From Candidatus Ryanbacteria bacterium CG10_big_fil_rev_8_21_14_0_10_43_42 (GTDB lineage: Bacteria; Patescibacteriota; Minisyncoccia; Ryanbacterales; 2-02-FULL-48-12), in assembly GCA_002793915.1 (NCBI GenBank), contig PFEF01000006.1, positions 24,697-88,696 of the forward strand: 64,000 nucleotides of DNA, written 5' to 3'. How positions within the stretch are numbered: position 1 is the first letter of the stretch; every line of letters starts with the position of its first letter. Both the position numbers and the translations under genes were made by a program. This document shows positions 31,200-40,873 of the stretch, in pieces. The notes beneath the pieces were generated by a model that saw nothing but the letters and a program-made list of their open reading frames with translations, had not been told where the DNA came from and did no database searches.

Positions 31200-32735
31200 A
31201 TGTCAACGTATGCTATTCGTATTGGCGTTCTTGTAGTTATCCTTATAGGAGGAGGATATTGGTGGTTTTCACAAACCGCCGATCCGCAAATAACATCCGT
31301 AACGGCGGCGCGGCAGGATGTAGTGGAAGAAATAATCGTGACGGGGATTATCGTACCAAGTGACCGCATTCATTTAGCGTTCGAACAGGCCGGAAAAGTG
31401 GAGGATTTGTTTGCGGATGTGGGAGATGACGTTGTTGTCGGAGAGGCACTTGCAAGGCTGGGATCGGAAGAACTTACTGCGGGACTACAAGAAGCAGAGG
31501 CGGCCCTTGCGGTTGAGTCAGCAAAATTAGAACAATTAGAACGCGGAGCGCGTCCCGAAGAGATAGCAATACAAAAGGTAAAGGTGGCGAATGCCAAAAC
31601 AGCTCTTGATGACGCCACGGAGGATGTTCGACAAAAAATACGGGATGCATATACAAAACTTGATGATGTGGTGCGTAATAAAACCGACCAGTTTTTTGAA
31701 AATCCGGGAACAAATCCCGATTTTACTCTTTTGATAAGTAATTCTCAGCTTACGTCGGATCTTGAACAGATGCGATTTTCCATTGAAGATCTTTTAAGAA
31801 AATGGAATACATCCCTAAAAGACCTTAACCTATCTGCAGATGTAGAACTTTATATTACTGAAGCAAAAGCAAATATTATAACTATTCGTGTGTTTTTTGA
31901 TATGCTTGCTCCCGTAATTAGTGAATTAAAACCAGGAGGAAATCTTACTCAAGCGACAATAGACGGTTATCGAGCGGATATTTCAACAGCACGGGCGAAT
32001 ATAAATACGGCGGCCATTAACGTGGCCGCTGCCGAAAAAGATGAACGTGCAAAATCTTCCGCACTCACACTTGCAGAAAATGAATTACTTCTTCTTGAAG
32101 CTGGCAGTACAAAGGAGGATATCGCAGCACAGCGCGCCGCTGTGCAAAAAGCTTTTGCCACACGCGATGTAGCTGTGGCAAAGCGCGCTAAAGCAACGCT
32201 TCGGTCTCCCATTTCCGGCACAGTCAGTGCTGTAGATATTTCCCTCGGAGAAATTGTGAGTCCGAATACGCCGGTCATCTCGGTTATTACGGGGGAGATG
32301 CTTCATATTGAAGTTTCTATTCCGGAGGTTGATATTACAAATGTGTATGTGGGAGATATGGCTGATATTACCCTTGATGCATATGGAAATATTCCATTTA
32401 AGGCGCAGGTAAGCGCTATTGATCCGGCGGAGACAATTATAGAAGGCGTACCTACATATACGACAACACTTTATTTTCTCGAAAAAGATGACCGTATTCG
32501 TTCAGGCATGACGGCAAATATTACCATTGTAACCAATCGTCGAACGGGAGTTATTGCCGTTCCGGGGCGAGCCGTTGTAACAAAAGATGGACGACATACG
32601 GTACGTTTTTTGGAAGAGAACGGAACGATACGGGAAGGTGATGTTGTAACGGGTATTCGCGGGTCGGATGGAAGCGTGGAAATTATTTCAGGTGTAGAGG
32701 AAGGGGATAGGGTTGTAATTTTTATTGAAGAATAG
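31200..32735 (+). CDS. MacA-like efflux periplasmic adaptor with long coiled coil
   Basis: N-terminal TM, lipoyl half-motifs, SPISGTV, IRSGMTA. Confidence 0.85.
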   Translation: MSTYAIRIGVLVVILIGGGYWWFSQTADPQITSVTAARQDVVEEIIVTGIIVPSDRIHLAFEQAGKVEDLFADVGDDVVVGEALARLGSEELTAGLQEAEAALAVESAKLEQLERGARPEEIAIQKVKVANAKTALDDATEDVRQKIRDAYTKLDDVVRNKTDQFFENPGTNPDFTLLISNSQLTSDLEQMRFSIEDLLRKWNTSLKDLNLSADVELYITEAKANIITIRVFFDMLAPVISELKPGGNLTQATIDGYRADISTARANINTAAINVAAAEKDERAKSSALTLAENELLLLEAGSTKEDIAAQRAAVQKAFATRDVAVAKRAKATLRSPISGTVSAVDISLGEIVSPNTPVISVITGEMLHIEVSIPEVDITNVYVGDMADITLDAYGNIPFKAQVSAIDPAETIIEGVPTYTTTLYFLEKDDRIRSGMTANITIVTNRRTGVIAVPGRAVVTKDGRHTVRFLEENGTIREGDVVTGIRGSDGSVEIISGVEEGDRVVIFIEE

Positions 32736-32737
32736 CC

Positions 32738-33421
32738 ATGGCCCTTATCTCGGTAAAAAATTTAAAAAAAACATATTCTAGTGAAGATATTGTAACACAT
32801 GTTTTGAATGGCATGTCGTTTTCCATTGAAAACGGAGAATTTATCGCCATCATGGGTCCGTCCGGATCCGGAAAATCAACACTTCTTCATATCTTGGGAT
32901 TTTTAGACGTACCTACGAGCGGGGAATACACATTTGAAGGGCGGGAGATTTCGAGCTACACGGAGGAAGAACGCGCGCGCCTGCGCAATAGTCAGATGGG
33001 GTTTATATTTCAATCCTTTAATTTATTAGCGCGGACCAGCGTTTTTGATAATGTAGCGTTGCCGCTTATGTATTCGGATAAGCCGGAGGCAGAGTGGCAC
33101 AAAAAGGCGTTCGAGGCAATTTCCGCCGTTGATCTGAATCATCGCATGGAGCACGATCCGGGACAGCTTTCGGGGGGAGAAAAGCAACGCGTCGCCATAG
33201 CGCGCGCATTGGTAAATGATCCGCAGGTGTTGTTTGCCGATGAACCGACCGGTAATCTCGACTCTGTTTCGGGGAAGAATGTTATGGATATTTTGGCCGA
33301 TTTACATAAGAAGAAGGGACACACCATTATTCTTATTACGCACGATAATGATGCGGCGGCATATGCAAAACGCATTATTCGGATTAGCGATGGAGTTATT
33401 GAAAGTGATTCAAAAAAATGA
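32738..33421 (+). CDS. ABC transporter ATP-binding protein (MacB/LolD type)
   Basis: GPSGSGKST, LSGGEKQR, ADEPTGNLD. Confidence 0.93.
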   Translation: MALISVKNLKKTYSSEDIVTHVLNGMSFSIENGEFIAIMGPSGSGKSTLLHILGFLDVPTSGEYTFEGREISSYTEEERARLRNSQMGFIFQSFNLLARTSVFDNVALPLMYSDKPEAEWHKKAFEAISAVDLNHRMEHDPGQLSGGEKQRVAIARALVNDPQVLFADEPTGNLDSVSGKNVMDILADLHKKKGHTIILITHDNDAAAYAKRIIRISDGVIESDSKK

Positions 33422-34662
33422 AATCAAAATATATTCTTCAAACGGCCGTCATAGGCCTTAAAACAAATAAGTCACGTTCAGCGCTTACCATTCTTGGTAT
33501 TGTTATTGGCATAACATCCATTATTCTAATGGTTTCCATAGGCGATGGTGCCGAACAGCTTATTTTAGGTGAAATTGCCGGTTTGGGAGCGGAAACTATT
33601 GTTGTGCGTCCGGGTCGTGAACCATCGGGCCCCACCGACTTAACAGAAACGCTTTTTTCCGATTCGCTCAAGGAGCGGGACGTCACGGCGCTTCTCCGAA
33701 AAGAAAATGTCCCTGATTTGGTTGATATTATGCCGGTGTTGGCCGTTCCGGGAACGATATCGTTCGAAGGGGAGACGTACCGCGGACAGATTCTTGGCGG
33801 TTCAGCTGAATTTTTTGCAAAAACATTTGATATCTATCCATTCGAAGGCGTGGTATTTGATGAACAGGATATTCGTACTCGCGCCAGTGTTGCCGTTATT
33901 GGCAGTAAAGTACGGAATGAATTTTTTGGCGATGGAGATGCGCTCGGTAAGCAAATTTCCATTCGCGGAAGGAAGTTTCGGGTGGTAGGTATATTTCCGG
34001 CAAAAGGACAGGTTGCGTTTTTAAATATCAATGACATGGTTGTTGTTCCGTATACAACGGCGCAGACATATCTTTTGGGAATTAATCATTTTCATGAATT
34101 TATCATAAAAACGACAAATCCGGATGCTGTGGCACATTCCGTAGAAGATATTGAACGTACACTGCGTATCTCTCATAACATTACCGATCCGGATAAAGAT
34201 GATTTTTATGTGGAAACTCAACAGGGACTGGTAGAACAAATAGGAACTATTCTTGGTGCGCTCACTATTTTCTTGTCTTCCGTGGTGGCGATTGCCCTGG
34301 TAGTGGGCGGTGTGGGAGTCATGAATATTATGCTCGTATCCGTTACGGAACGTACGCGCGAAATCGGACTTCGAAAAGCTTTGGGCGCCACGAATGAAGA
34401 CATTCTACGCCAATTTCTTTTGGAAGCCATTATTCTAACCGGTATAGGAGGATTAGTAGGTATTTTTCTGGGAGCATTTTTTGCGTTTCTTGCTTCCGTT
34501 GTTCTCACTACATATGCGGAACTTGCTTGGGCGTTTACGTTTTCTGTCCCGGCGGCCTTGCTCGGACTAAGCGTATCTGCTCTTGTTGGTTTAGTGTTTG
34601 GTATTTATCCTGCTCGTAAAGCGGCGCGCAAAAGCCCGATTGAGGCGTTGCGGTATGAGTAG
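33418..34662 (+). CDS. MacB/FtsX-type ABC permease
   Basis: RSALTILGIVIG, GGVGVMNIMLVSVTERTREIG, PIEALRYE. Confidence 0.93.
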   Translation: MKSKYILQTAVIGLKTNKSRSALTILGIVIGITSIILMVSIGDGAEQLILGEIAGLGAETIVVRPGREPSGPTDLTETLFSDSLKERDVTALLRKENVPDLVDIMPVLAVPGTISFEGETYRGQILGGSAEFFAKTFDIYPFEGVVFDEQDIRTRASVAVIGSKVRNEFFGDGDALGKQISIRGRKFRVVGIFPAKGQVAFLNINDMVVVPYTTAQTYLLGINHFHEFIIKTTNPDAVAHSVEDIERTLRISHNITDPDKDDFYVETQQGLVEQIGTILGALTIFLSSVVAIALVVGGVGVMNIMLVSVTERTREIGLRKALGATNEDILRQFLLEAIILTGIGGLVGIFLGAFFAFLASVVLTTYAELAWAFTFSVPAALLGLSVSALVGLVFGIYPARKAARKSPIEALRYE

Positions 34663-34740
34663 ATGTTCTAAAAGAGGAGTAGTGCATTTACAATAAGATA
34701 AAGATTTCTTAGGGTAAAGAAAACAGAAAGGAGGCGCTTT

Positions 34741-35634
34741 ATGAGAATAGCGTCCATTGAGCATCTTGAAAAACAACTGGGCCGTAAATTGTATTACAAA
34801 AACATTGTTGCTATCGGCGCTATTCATTTTATGTCATTGATTGGCATAGTGTGGGGAGTGTATTTTGGATTTACGGCGTTTCATTGGATTCTTGCCTTTG
34901 TTATGTATGGCGTTCAGGGATTTGGTACTACGCTTGCGTACCATCGTTTCTTTACGCATAATTCGTTTAAGTGTTCGAGTAAATATGTTGCTCGTATACT
35001 TGCCTTTATGGGAGGAATGACGGGGCAAGATGCTTGGGGGTGGGTGCGGACACATCGGACGCATCATTTATATACTGATACGCCGCGCGATCCTCATTCA
35101 CCGGTACAAAGCGGATTTTTTTGGGCCCATGTCGGGTGGCTTCTTGTTCATTTGGATATACCGGATGATGTAAAAACGGACGATCTCGACAAAAATGAAA
35201 CGATACAATGGGAGCGTAAATGGCACAATAATATTCTTATAGGTAGTTTTGTGTTCGTTCTTATTGTTTCGGGTCTGGAAGGGTTATTCCGAGACGGGTC
35301 GTTTATGTCAGTTTTAGAGGGAGGAATCGGCGGTCTTCTTCTTGCCGGATTTATCCGATTTACCGTAGTACTGCAAGTTACCTGGTGTGTGAATTCCGTG
35401 TGTCACTTGTGGGGATCGCAGATGCCGGAAACAGCACCGGGAGATACCAGTAGAAATAATGGCATTGTTGGGCTTTTGGCTCTTGGTGAAGGATGGCATA
35501 ACTGGCACCATATAGCCCAGCATCTCGCGCGGCAAGGGCGATTCTGGTGGCAGATAGACCTCACCTGGTATCTCATTTGTCTCGGGGAATGGATGGGTAT
35601 TTTTACGGATGTAAAACGTCCGAAACCTTTATAG
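34741..35634 (+). CDS. membrane fatty acid (delta-9-type) desaturase
   Basis: Three His boxes HRFFTH, HRTHH and HNWHH; DPHSP, NSVCH, GEGW; AAAGGAGG SD. Confidence 0.92.
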   Translation: MRIASIEHLEKQLGRKLYYKNIVAIGAIHFMSLIGIVWGVYFGFTAFHWILAFVMYGVQGFGTTLAYHRFFTHNSFKCSSKYVARILAFMGGMTGQDAWGWVRTHRTHHLYTDTPRDPHSPVQSGFFWAHVGWLLVHLDIPDDVKTDDLDKNETIQWERKWHNNILIGSFVFVLIVSGLEGLFRDGSFMSVLEGGIGGLLLAGFIRFTVVLQVTWCVNSVCHLWGSQMPETAPGDTSRNNGIVGLLALGEGWHNWHHIAQHLARQGRFWWQIDLTWYLICLGEWMGIFTDVKRPKPL

Positions 35635-35741
35635 CGGTTCCGTTAATGGAGTCGTTTTTTTATTAAAGGGATGATATGATACATATGTTCGTGGATACTA
35701 ATGTATCAGCGAAGGTTCTGTTATAAAATAATAGATTTATT

Positions 35742-36536
35742 ATGGATATACGAATTAAAAATGCTTTAGGTATTGTGGGTATTGCAGCTCTTTCCATTAT
35801 CACCATTGCGGTTGCTGTCGGCGCGTATGTTATTTCCCAGGTGAATGATCCGACGGAACGACGTACATTTTCTGTATCAGCAGAGGGAAAGGCAATAGCT
35901 GTACCGGATGTGGCACAGTTTACATTTCAGGTTATTACGGAAGGCGGGCTTGATATAGCGGAGCTTCAGCAGACAAATGTACAGAAAGTAAACGGGGCAA
36001 TTGCGTTTATAAAAGAAAAAGGAGTTGAAGAAAAAGATATAAAAACACAGAGCTTTAATGTGGAGCCGCGATATCAGTATGTTAATTGTTCATCGCTTCG
36101 CACTATTGGGGAACCATGTCCGCCGGCTGAAATTGTGGGACACACCATACGCCAGGTTATTTCGGTTAAGGTGCGTAATTTTGAAGCGGTAGGAACACTC
36201 CTTTCCGGCGTTGTTCAGAATGGCGCTAATTCGGTGTCACAACTTTCTTTTACCGTAGATGATCCGGAAGCGGTAGAAAATGAAGCACGTGCGGATGCTG
36301 TTGCGAAGGCGAAACGAAAAGCGGAAGAGGTGGCAAACGCCGGAGATTTTCGTATCGGTAAACTTATTTCTATTAATGAAGGGGGAGGTGTTCAGCCGTT
36401 TCGCTCTTATTATGCGGAAGATTCCGCTGTGCTCGGTGTCGGGGGTGGTACGAGTGCGCCCGTGCCGGCACCCAGTATTGAACCGGGCTCGCAGGATATT
36501 ATTATTTACGTGACATTGGTATACGAGATTAAATAG
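35742..36536 (+). CDS. SIMPL (DUF541) domain protein
   Basis: N-terminal TM, SAEGKAIAVPDVA, GANSVSQLSF, IEPGSQ. Confidence 0.88.
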   Translation: MDIRIKNALGIVGIAALSIITIAVAVGAYVISQVNDPTERRTFSVSAEGKAIAVPDVAQFTFQVITEGGLDIAELQQTNVQKVNGAIAFIKEKGVEEKDIKTQSFNVEPRYQYVNCSSLRTIGEPCPPAEIVGHTIRQVISVKVRNFEAVGTLLSGVVQNGANSVSQLSFTVDDPEAVENEARADAVAKAKRKAEEVANAGDFRIGKLISINEGGGVQPFRSYYAEDSAVLGVGGGTSAPVPAPSIEPGSQDIIIYVTLVYEIK

Positions 36537-36593
36537 GGTAAAGTTTATGACGCGTGTAATACAAAGGACTCCTGTTTCGACAAGAGTCCTTTA

Positions 36594-36623
36594 TTGACAG
36601 AAATAGGATCATATCTGTACAAT
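36594..36623 (+). promoter_or_regulatory. sigma70-type promoter
   Basis: TTGACA-18 nt-TACAAT directly after the hairpin at 36563-36592. Confidence 0.65.
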
Positions 36624-36654
36624 GGGAAATTAGTACATAGAAGAGGAGGTTTGT

Positions 36655-37014
36655 ATGGCATCCACTTTGGTTGTGAGCAATGCTCATAGGAATTTTGTAC
36701 CGAAGGGACAGTGCTTGGATAACGGTACCTTGCTTTGGATGAATATCGGTGCCTTGCAGGAAGATGTGAAGAGAGAGCTTCCGAAATATATTGCGCTTAA
36801 GCTTATTTCCTTAAATGGTATCAGGCCGGGTGCTAATCAGATCAAATTGGAGTTTGATCCGTCGGTTACGCCGAAAGAAGAGCGAATAGTTCGGCGTACG
36901 CTCTGTTGTTTACCCAAAGAACATACAAATGGAGGTGAGTTGTCCCATAAAAGCAGTGCTAATAGAAAATTTTCCAAAGAGCCTTGTGTAAAGCGGTCGC
37001 CACGACCTCGATAG
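36655..37014 (+). CDS. hypothetical protein (self-contained orphan cassette)
   Basis: 119-aa ORF, GAGGAGG SD, own promoter, terminator TACCCG...CGGGTA plus T run. Confidence 0.6.
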   Translation: MASTLVVSNAHRNFVPKGQCLDNGTLLWMNIGALQEDVKRELPKYIALKLISLNGIRPGANQIKLEFDPSVTPKEERIVRRTLCCLPKEHTNGGELSHKSSANRKFSKEPCVKRSPRPR

Positions 37015-37086
37015 TATGCATTACCCGGTAACGGGTATTTTTTTTTATAGCTTTATTGTTTTTTGAGAAAAAGATATTATTGTCGT

Positions 37087-38013
37087 ATGGATAAAAAGAA
37101 AACATACGATGCTGGTATTGGCTGGGTGAGTTCGGTGGAGAATGTGTTCCTTTCATTTTTAAAAAAAGAATTACGAAAGAAAAAATATTCATTTGATGAA
37201 GTCACTTATGAAAACCTACGTCATCGATATGATGACATTAAAAACGACCGATACGCATATCGTGTTTTTATAGATCGCGCCTCATTTGATCACCCGGCAT
37301 ATTTTCTATTTGCCGATCTTGTACAAAAGAAAGGTGCGTATGTAGTTAATAATCCGGATGCGGTAATTGCGTGGGGAAGTAAGACGGCATTATACGGCGC
37401 TTTATGTAATGCCGGGCTTCCACTGCCAAGGGTATTCCTTCTTCCTGCGCGTCCACCGGCAAAAAAAGAACTTATTCACATACCGAAAGCATTGGGCGTG
37501 CCGTTTATTTTGAAGCCGGCGTATGGCGGTTTGGTGGATGATGTTCTTCTTCGTGCCCGTACGGTTGATGATATTATTACATTTATGGAGGATAACGGTA
37601 CGGATGAAACCCTTGCACAGGAGTATGTTGTACCAACGGTAGTAAGAAAGAAGACAGCATGGTTTAGACCGCTTTATGTATGTGGGGAAGTTATTCCTCT
37701 GTGGTGGGATCCGCTTTCCCATTTTTATCAACCATTTGGACGTTCGGCGGAAGAGCGTGATATTGCAAAAGATTTGAAGAATATGCTTTGTCGCATTCAT
37801 GATATTACTGGTCTTGATTTGTTTACAACGGAAGTTGCTATAGATGAGGGGGGTGAGTATAAAATTATTGATTATGCAAATCACCCAATCGATTTAAATT
37901 CACAAGAGAACGCATCCGATGCACTGCCGGAAGATATTTTGGAAGATGTGGCGCGTTGTATTGCGGTATATATCGGAAAAATTAAGGCACACGGGAATGT
38001 CATACGAGAATAA
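37087..38013 (+). CDS. ATP-grasp fold protein
   Basis: VVNNPD, PFILKPAYGG, LAQEYV, IIDYANHPID. Confidence 0.75.
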   Translation: MDKKKTYDAGIGWVSSVENVFLSFLKKELRKKKYSFDEVTYENLRHRYDDIKNDRYAYRVFIDRASFDHPAYFLFADLVQKKGAYVVNNPDAVIAWGSKTALYGALCNAGLPLPRVFLLPARPPAKKELIHIPKALGVPFILKPAYGGLVDDVLLRARTVDDIITFMEDNGTDETLAQEYVVPTVVRKKTAWFRPLYVCGEVIPLWWDPLSHFYQPFGRSAEERDIAKDLKNMLCRIHDITGLDLFTTEVAIDEGGEYKIIDYANHPIDLNSQENASDALPEDILEDVARCIAVYIGKIKAHGNVIRE

Positions 38014-38114
38014 TTTTCGTGATGTAAGAAAAAGGTAATGGGGAAGATGTTATTAACAGTTTAGTATTTTTTTAATACTGGCGTTTGTATGTTCTTATCC
38101 GTATACTTAACCGT

Positions 38115-38432
38115 ATGGAAAGTATTGTAAAAGCTGATATATTCTTTTTTGTAACCACCATCGCGCTTGTTCTCTTTTCTGTTGCGTTTTTAATACTACT
38201 TTACTATATCATTCGTATAATAAGGAATGCGGCATATATTTCCCGTCTTATTGTATCTGAAACGGAGCAAATTAAGAGTGATGTTAGCGAGGCGCGTGCG
38301 TATGTACGGGAGGAGGCCGTTAAGATGGGCTATTTCATAGGGTTTATAAAAGCGCTTATGAAAGAACCGAAGACAGCTTTGGCGGCAAAGAAGAAACGAG
38401 CAACCAAACCAAAAAAAGACTCGGTAGAGTAG
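38115..38432 (+). CDS. hypothetical membrane protein
   Basis: ADIFFFVTTIA TM helix followed by a coiled coil. Confidence 0.7.
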   Translation: MESIVKADIFFFVTTIALVLFSVAFLILLYYIIRIIRNAAYISRLIVSETEQIKSDVSEARAYVREEAVKMGYFIGFIKALMKEPKTALAAKKKRATKPKKDSVE

Positions 38433-38484
38433 GTGTTGTAATGGAATATATAAATTTTATACGATAATCTAATTTCATAGATAT

Positions 38485-38853
38485 ATGGCTAAAAAATCAA
38501 CAACTGAAGGAGTGGGAATCGGGCTTGCGGCATTAGCGGCCGCCGCGGCTGGTGCATATTTTTTGTACGGAAAGAATGGTGTGAAAAATAGAAAAAAAGT
38601 AAAAAGTTGGATGTTTAAGATGCGTGCCGAGGTGCAGGACAATATAGAAAAAATGCAGGACGTAAGTAAAGAATCGTACAACAGAGTGGTGGATGAAACG
38701 GCTCGTCATTATAGCGCATTAAAGCAGGTGGATCGAAAAGAACTGGATCAGATGGTACGGGAATTAAAAGGACACTGGAAGAGTATTTCATCTCAAGTGA
38801 TGAAAAACATAAAAACGGTAAAACCTGCAAAAAAGAAAACTGCGAAGAAATAA
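38485..38853 (+). CDS. hypothetical protein, YtxH-like
   Basis: GLAALAAAAAGAYFLYG anchor plus basic helical tail. Confidence 0.7.
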   Translation: MAKKSTTEGVGIGLAALAAAAAGAYFLYGKNGVKNRKKVKSWMFKMRAEVQDNIEKMQDVSKESYNRVVDETARHYSALKQVDRKELDQMVRELKGHWKSISSQVMKNIKTVKPAKKKTAKK

Positions 38854-38855
38854 GC

Positions 38856-38897
38856 ATACCAAAAAACTACTGCGGAAAGCAGTAGTTTTTTTGGTAT
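38856..38897 (+). terminator. intrinsic terminator
   Basis: ATACCAAAAAACTACTGC-GGAAA-GCAGTAGTTTTTTTGGTAT. Confidence 0.8.
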
Positions 38898-38954
38898 TAT
38901 GGTAAGCTTATGCGTAATCTGGATTCGTTGTCGCAGATGGTTTATACTGTTCTT

Positions 38955-39242
38955 ATGGAAAATAATCAGCAAAAGCTCAATATAAAAGCGGCAGACAGGG
39001 ATCTAAAGGGGCGAAGCGCCAATAATGCCATGATATCGCATACAAAAGAAGAGTTCGTACTGGATTTTATTAATATGCTCCCGCCTCATCCATTGCTCGT
39101 ATCACGTATAATCATAAGTCCGGGACATGCAAAGCGCTTTCACCGTGCTCTTACAGAACAGATAGAGCGTTATGAGGGATCATTTGGAAAACTGGAAGAC
39201 GGAGAACATAATAAACCCAATATCGGTTTTCAGAATAATTAA
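38955..39242 (+). CDS. DUF3467 domain protein
   Basis: ANNAMISHTKEEFVLDF...RIIISPGHAKRF. Confidence 0.85.
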   Translation: MENNQQKLNIKAADRDLKGRSANNAMISHTKEEFVLDFINMLPPHPLLVSRIIISPGHAKRFHRALTEQIERYEGSFGKLEDGEHNKPNIGFQNN

Positions 39243-39279
39243 ATAAAAAACCGGAAATGTTGTTTCCGGTTTTTTATTT
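39241..39279. terminator. bidirectional terminator
   Basis: AAATAAAAAACCGGAAA...TTTCCGGTTTTTTATTT between convergent genes. Confidence 0.85.
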
Positions 39280-40559
39280 TAGTATCCACGTTCATCTACA
39301 AACTTACCGTTCGTATCCCGGAGAGTAATGGTTTCATGTGTATTGCGAAACATTTCAGCGTCTTTTTGAAGCCAGATAAGCCATCTATTCTGGTAGAAGT
39401 TTTCCTGATTTTTATAATTTCGCACACAACCGGCGTAACTGAAATTTTCTATAAGATAATCGGAGCATTCGCTTTCAATGCCGAAAAAGTCGCCTGAATC
39501 GGGAGTTCTGCATCCTCGAATATCATCAATAACCTCAAGGCAACGGTCACTGAAATAGGTAAGATCGGCGGTGTCGATGGTGTTAGGGCACCGACTTCCT
39601 ATGGAAGGCGTAAATTTGGAGGTTTCTTTAAAATAACCCGTACAAAGGTTTTCTCGAAAATTTATGTTGCGATCTTGCTTGCCCACCGTGATAATTACCG
39701 TGCCTCGAGGAGTAAGAATGAGATCACTTAATTGAATGGATGTACCTCCGGGCAAATTTTGAACTTGTGGTATAGTGATACGTCCGCCTCGTGCATTGGT
39801 AATGGTCCAGCCGGTTATATTAACGGATTGTTCTTTACTCTTATTGGAAATAGTGACTTGTTCCGATACGGGATCGGTACGGTTTCCGCGGAATTGAGAG
39901 ATAATTATTATTTCATGAAACGTTGACGTTGCAGTTTCCGAAGGAGGTAGTGTGCGCGTTGTTGTATTGTCAACGATTATAACGCCATCGGTAATATCCT
40001 TATTTACTTCTCGCAAGGTGTTAGCATCAAATCGGCCATGTACGCGAAGATCATTCGCTTCTTGATATTTGCGTACAGCCTCTTCGGTGAGAGAGAAATA
40101 ATTTCCGTTGGAAACGGGATATGTGAAGTATCCCATGGTCCGAAGAAATTCTTGCAAACGTACAACGTCAGGATCATTGGTAAGACCGGGAGAAAAGGTG
40201 CGTTTAAATTCGGTAAAGGGAGGAGTGGGTGTGTTTTCGGGCGGAAGAGTGATTGGTATTTCGCCGGATAATTGACCGTTTACGGCATTACGGGTAAGGG
40301 GACCGAAATAGCCGGCAGGGGGTGTTATGTTGTGCGCAAGTTGAAATGCGGCAACGGCTTGTTGTGTGAGACTAAAATAATTACCGGTAGATTCCGGATA
40401 GGTAAAAAATCCTTTTGCGCGTAAGAATTCTTGCAGGCGCACTACTTCAGGATCATTACGAATGCCAACAAACAAGTCCCGTGTAAAATCTTCCGCGGAA
40501 GCAAAAGAGACAAAAGCGAAAGACAAAAGAAAAAAGATAGCATACTTTTTCATATTCAT
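39279..40559 (-). CDS. secreted protein with two peptidoglycan-binding domains and a lamin-tail-like domain
   Basis: Signal peptide; repeated VVRLQEFLR..G.F...GNYFSLT..AV; VNITGWTI, ENLCTGY, ITLRDTNGKFVD. Confidence 0.8.
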   Translation of the reverse strand: MNMKKYAIFFLLSFAFVSFASAEDFTRDLFVGIRNDPEVVRLQEFLRAKGFFTYPESTGNYFSLTQQAVAAFQLAHNITPPAGYFGPLTRNAVNGQLSGEIPITLPPENTPTPPFTEFKRTFSPGLTNDPDVVRLQEFLRTMGYFTYPVSNGNYFSLTEEAVRKYQEANDLRVHGRFDANTLREVNKDITDGVIIVDNTTTRTLPPSETATSTFHEIIIISQFRGNRTDPVSEQVTISNKSKEQSVNITGWTITNARGGRITIPQVQNLPGGTSIQLSDLILTPRGTVIITVGKQDRNINFRENLCTGYFKETSKFTPSIGSRCPNTIDTADLTYFSDRCLEVIDDIRGCRTPDSGDFFGIESECSDYLIENFSYAGCVRNYKNQENFYQNRWLIWLQKDAEMFRNTHETITLRDTNGKFVDERGY

Positions 40560-40636
40560 ATTGTATATCTTTATTGTGAAAGTAAAAAGGGGATATTAAT
40601 ACTTTAGAAATATAATATTTTTGAAAACTACTATTT

Positions 40637-40776
40637 AAAAAAAGAGCATGTAATGGTAATGCTCTCTTAAATGGGATTCTTTAATTGTGTACTTGAACGA
40701 AGAAAGTGTGTGGGGGAGAGGTATTACCCAAGGAGGAGATGAAACTCTTCCTTATAACCACTCTCTTCGTTCAAGT
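40637..40776 (-). ncRNA. candidate ~140-nt structured small RNA (antisense RNA or leader)
   Basis: Minus-strand TTGACA-17-TAAAAT promoter; predicted +1 at the 5' end of an 18-bp stem (40776-40759 with 40708-40691); ends in an AGAGCAT/ATGCTCT hairpin plus U run. Confidence 0.6.
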
Positions 40777-40804
40777 CTTCGCATTTTACATTATGATAGT
40801 ATGA
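40739..40804 (+). CDS. candidate 21-aa hydrophobic peptide (type I toxin-like)
   Basis: MKLFLITTLFVQVFAFYIMIV preceded by AAGGAGGAG; SD spacing is short, so translation is uncertain. Confidence 0.35.
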   Translation: MKLFLITTLFVQVFAFYIMIV

Positions 40805-40811
40805 TTGTCAA
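40783..40811 (-). promoter_or_regulatory. near-consensus sigma70 promoter
   Basis: Reverse complement reads TTGACA-ATCATACTATCATAATG-TAAAAT. Confidence 0.8.
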
Positions 40812-40873
40812 ACTTTTACAGCGAATGTTTTTAGGGCTTTCTTATTTTCCGTTACTTCTGTATTCTTATCCCT

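Noticed and set aside
40637-40776. Identification as SRP RNA, tmRNA or RNase P RNA
   Set aside because: It lacks the SRP domain IV GNRA/AGCAG motif and tRNA-like ends and is too short for RNase P. 6S RNA is not excluded, but the hairpin is only about 86 nt.
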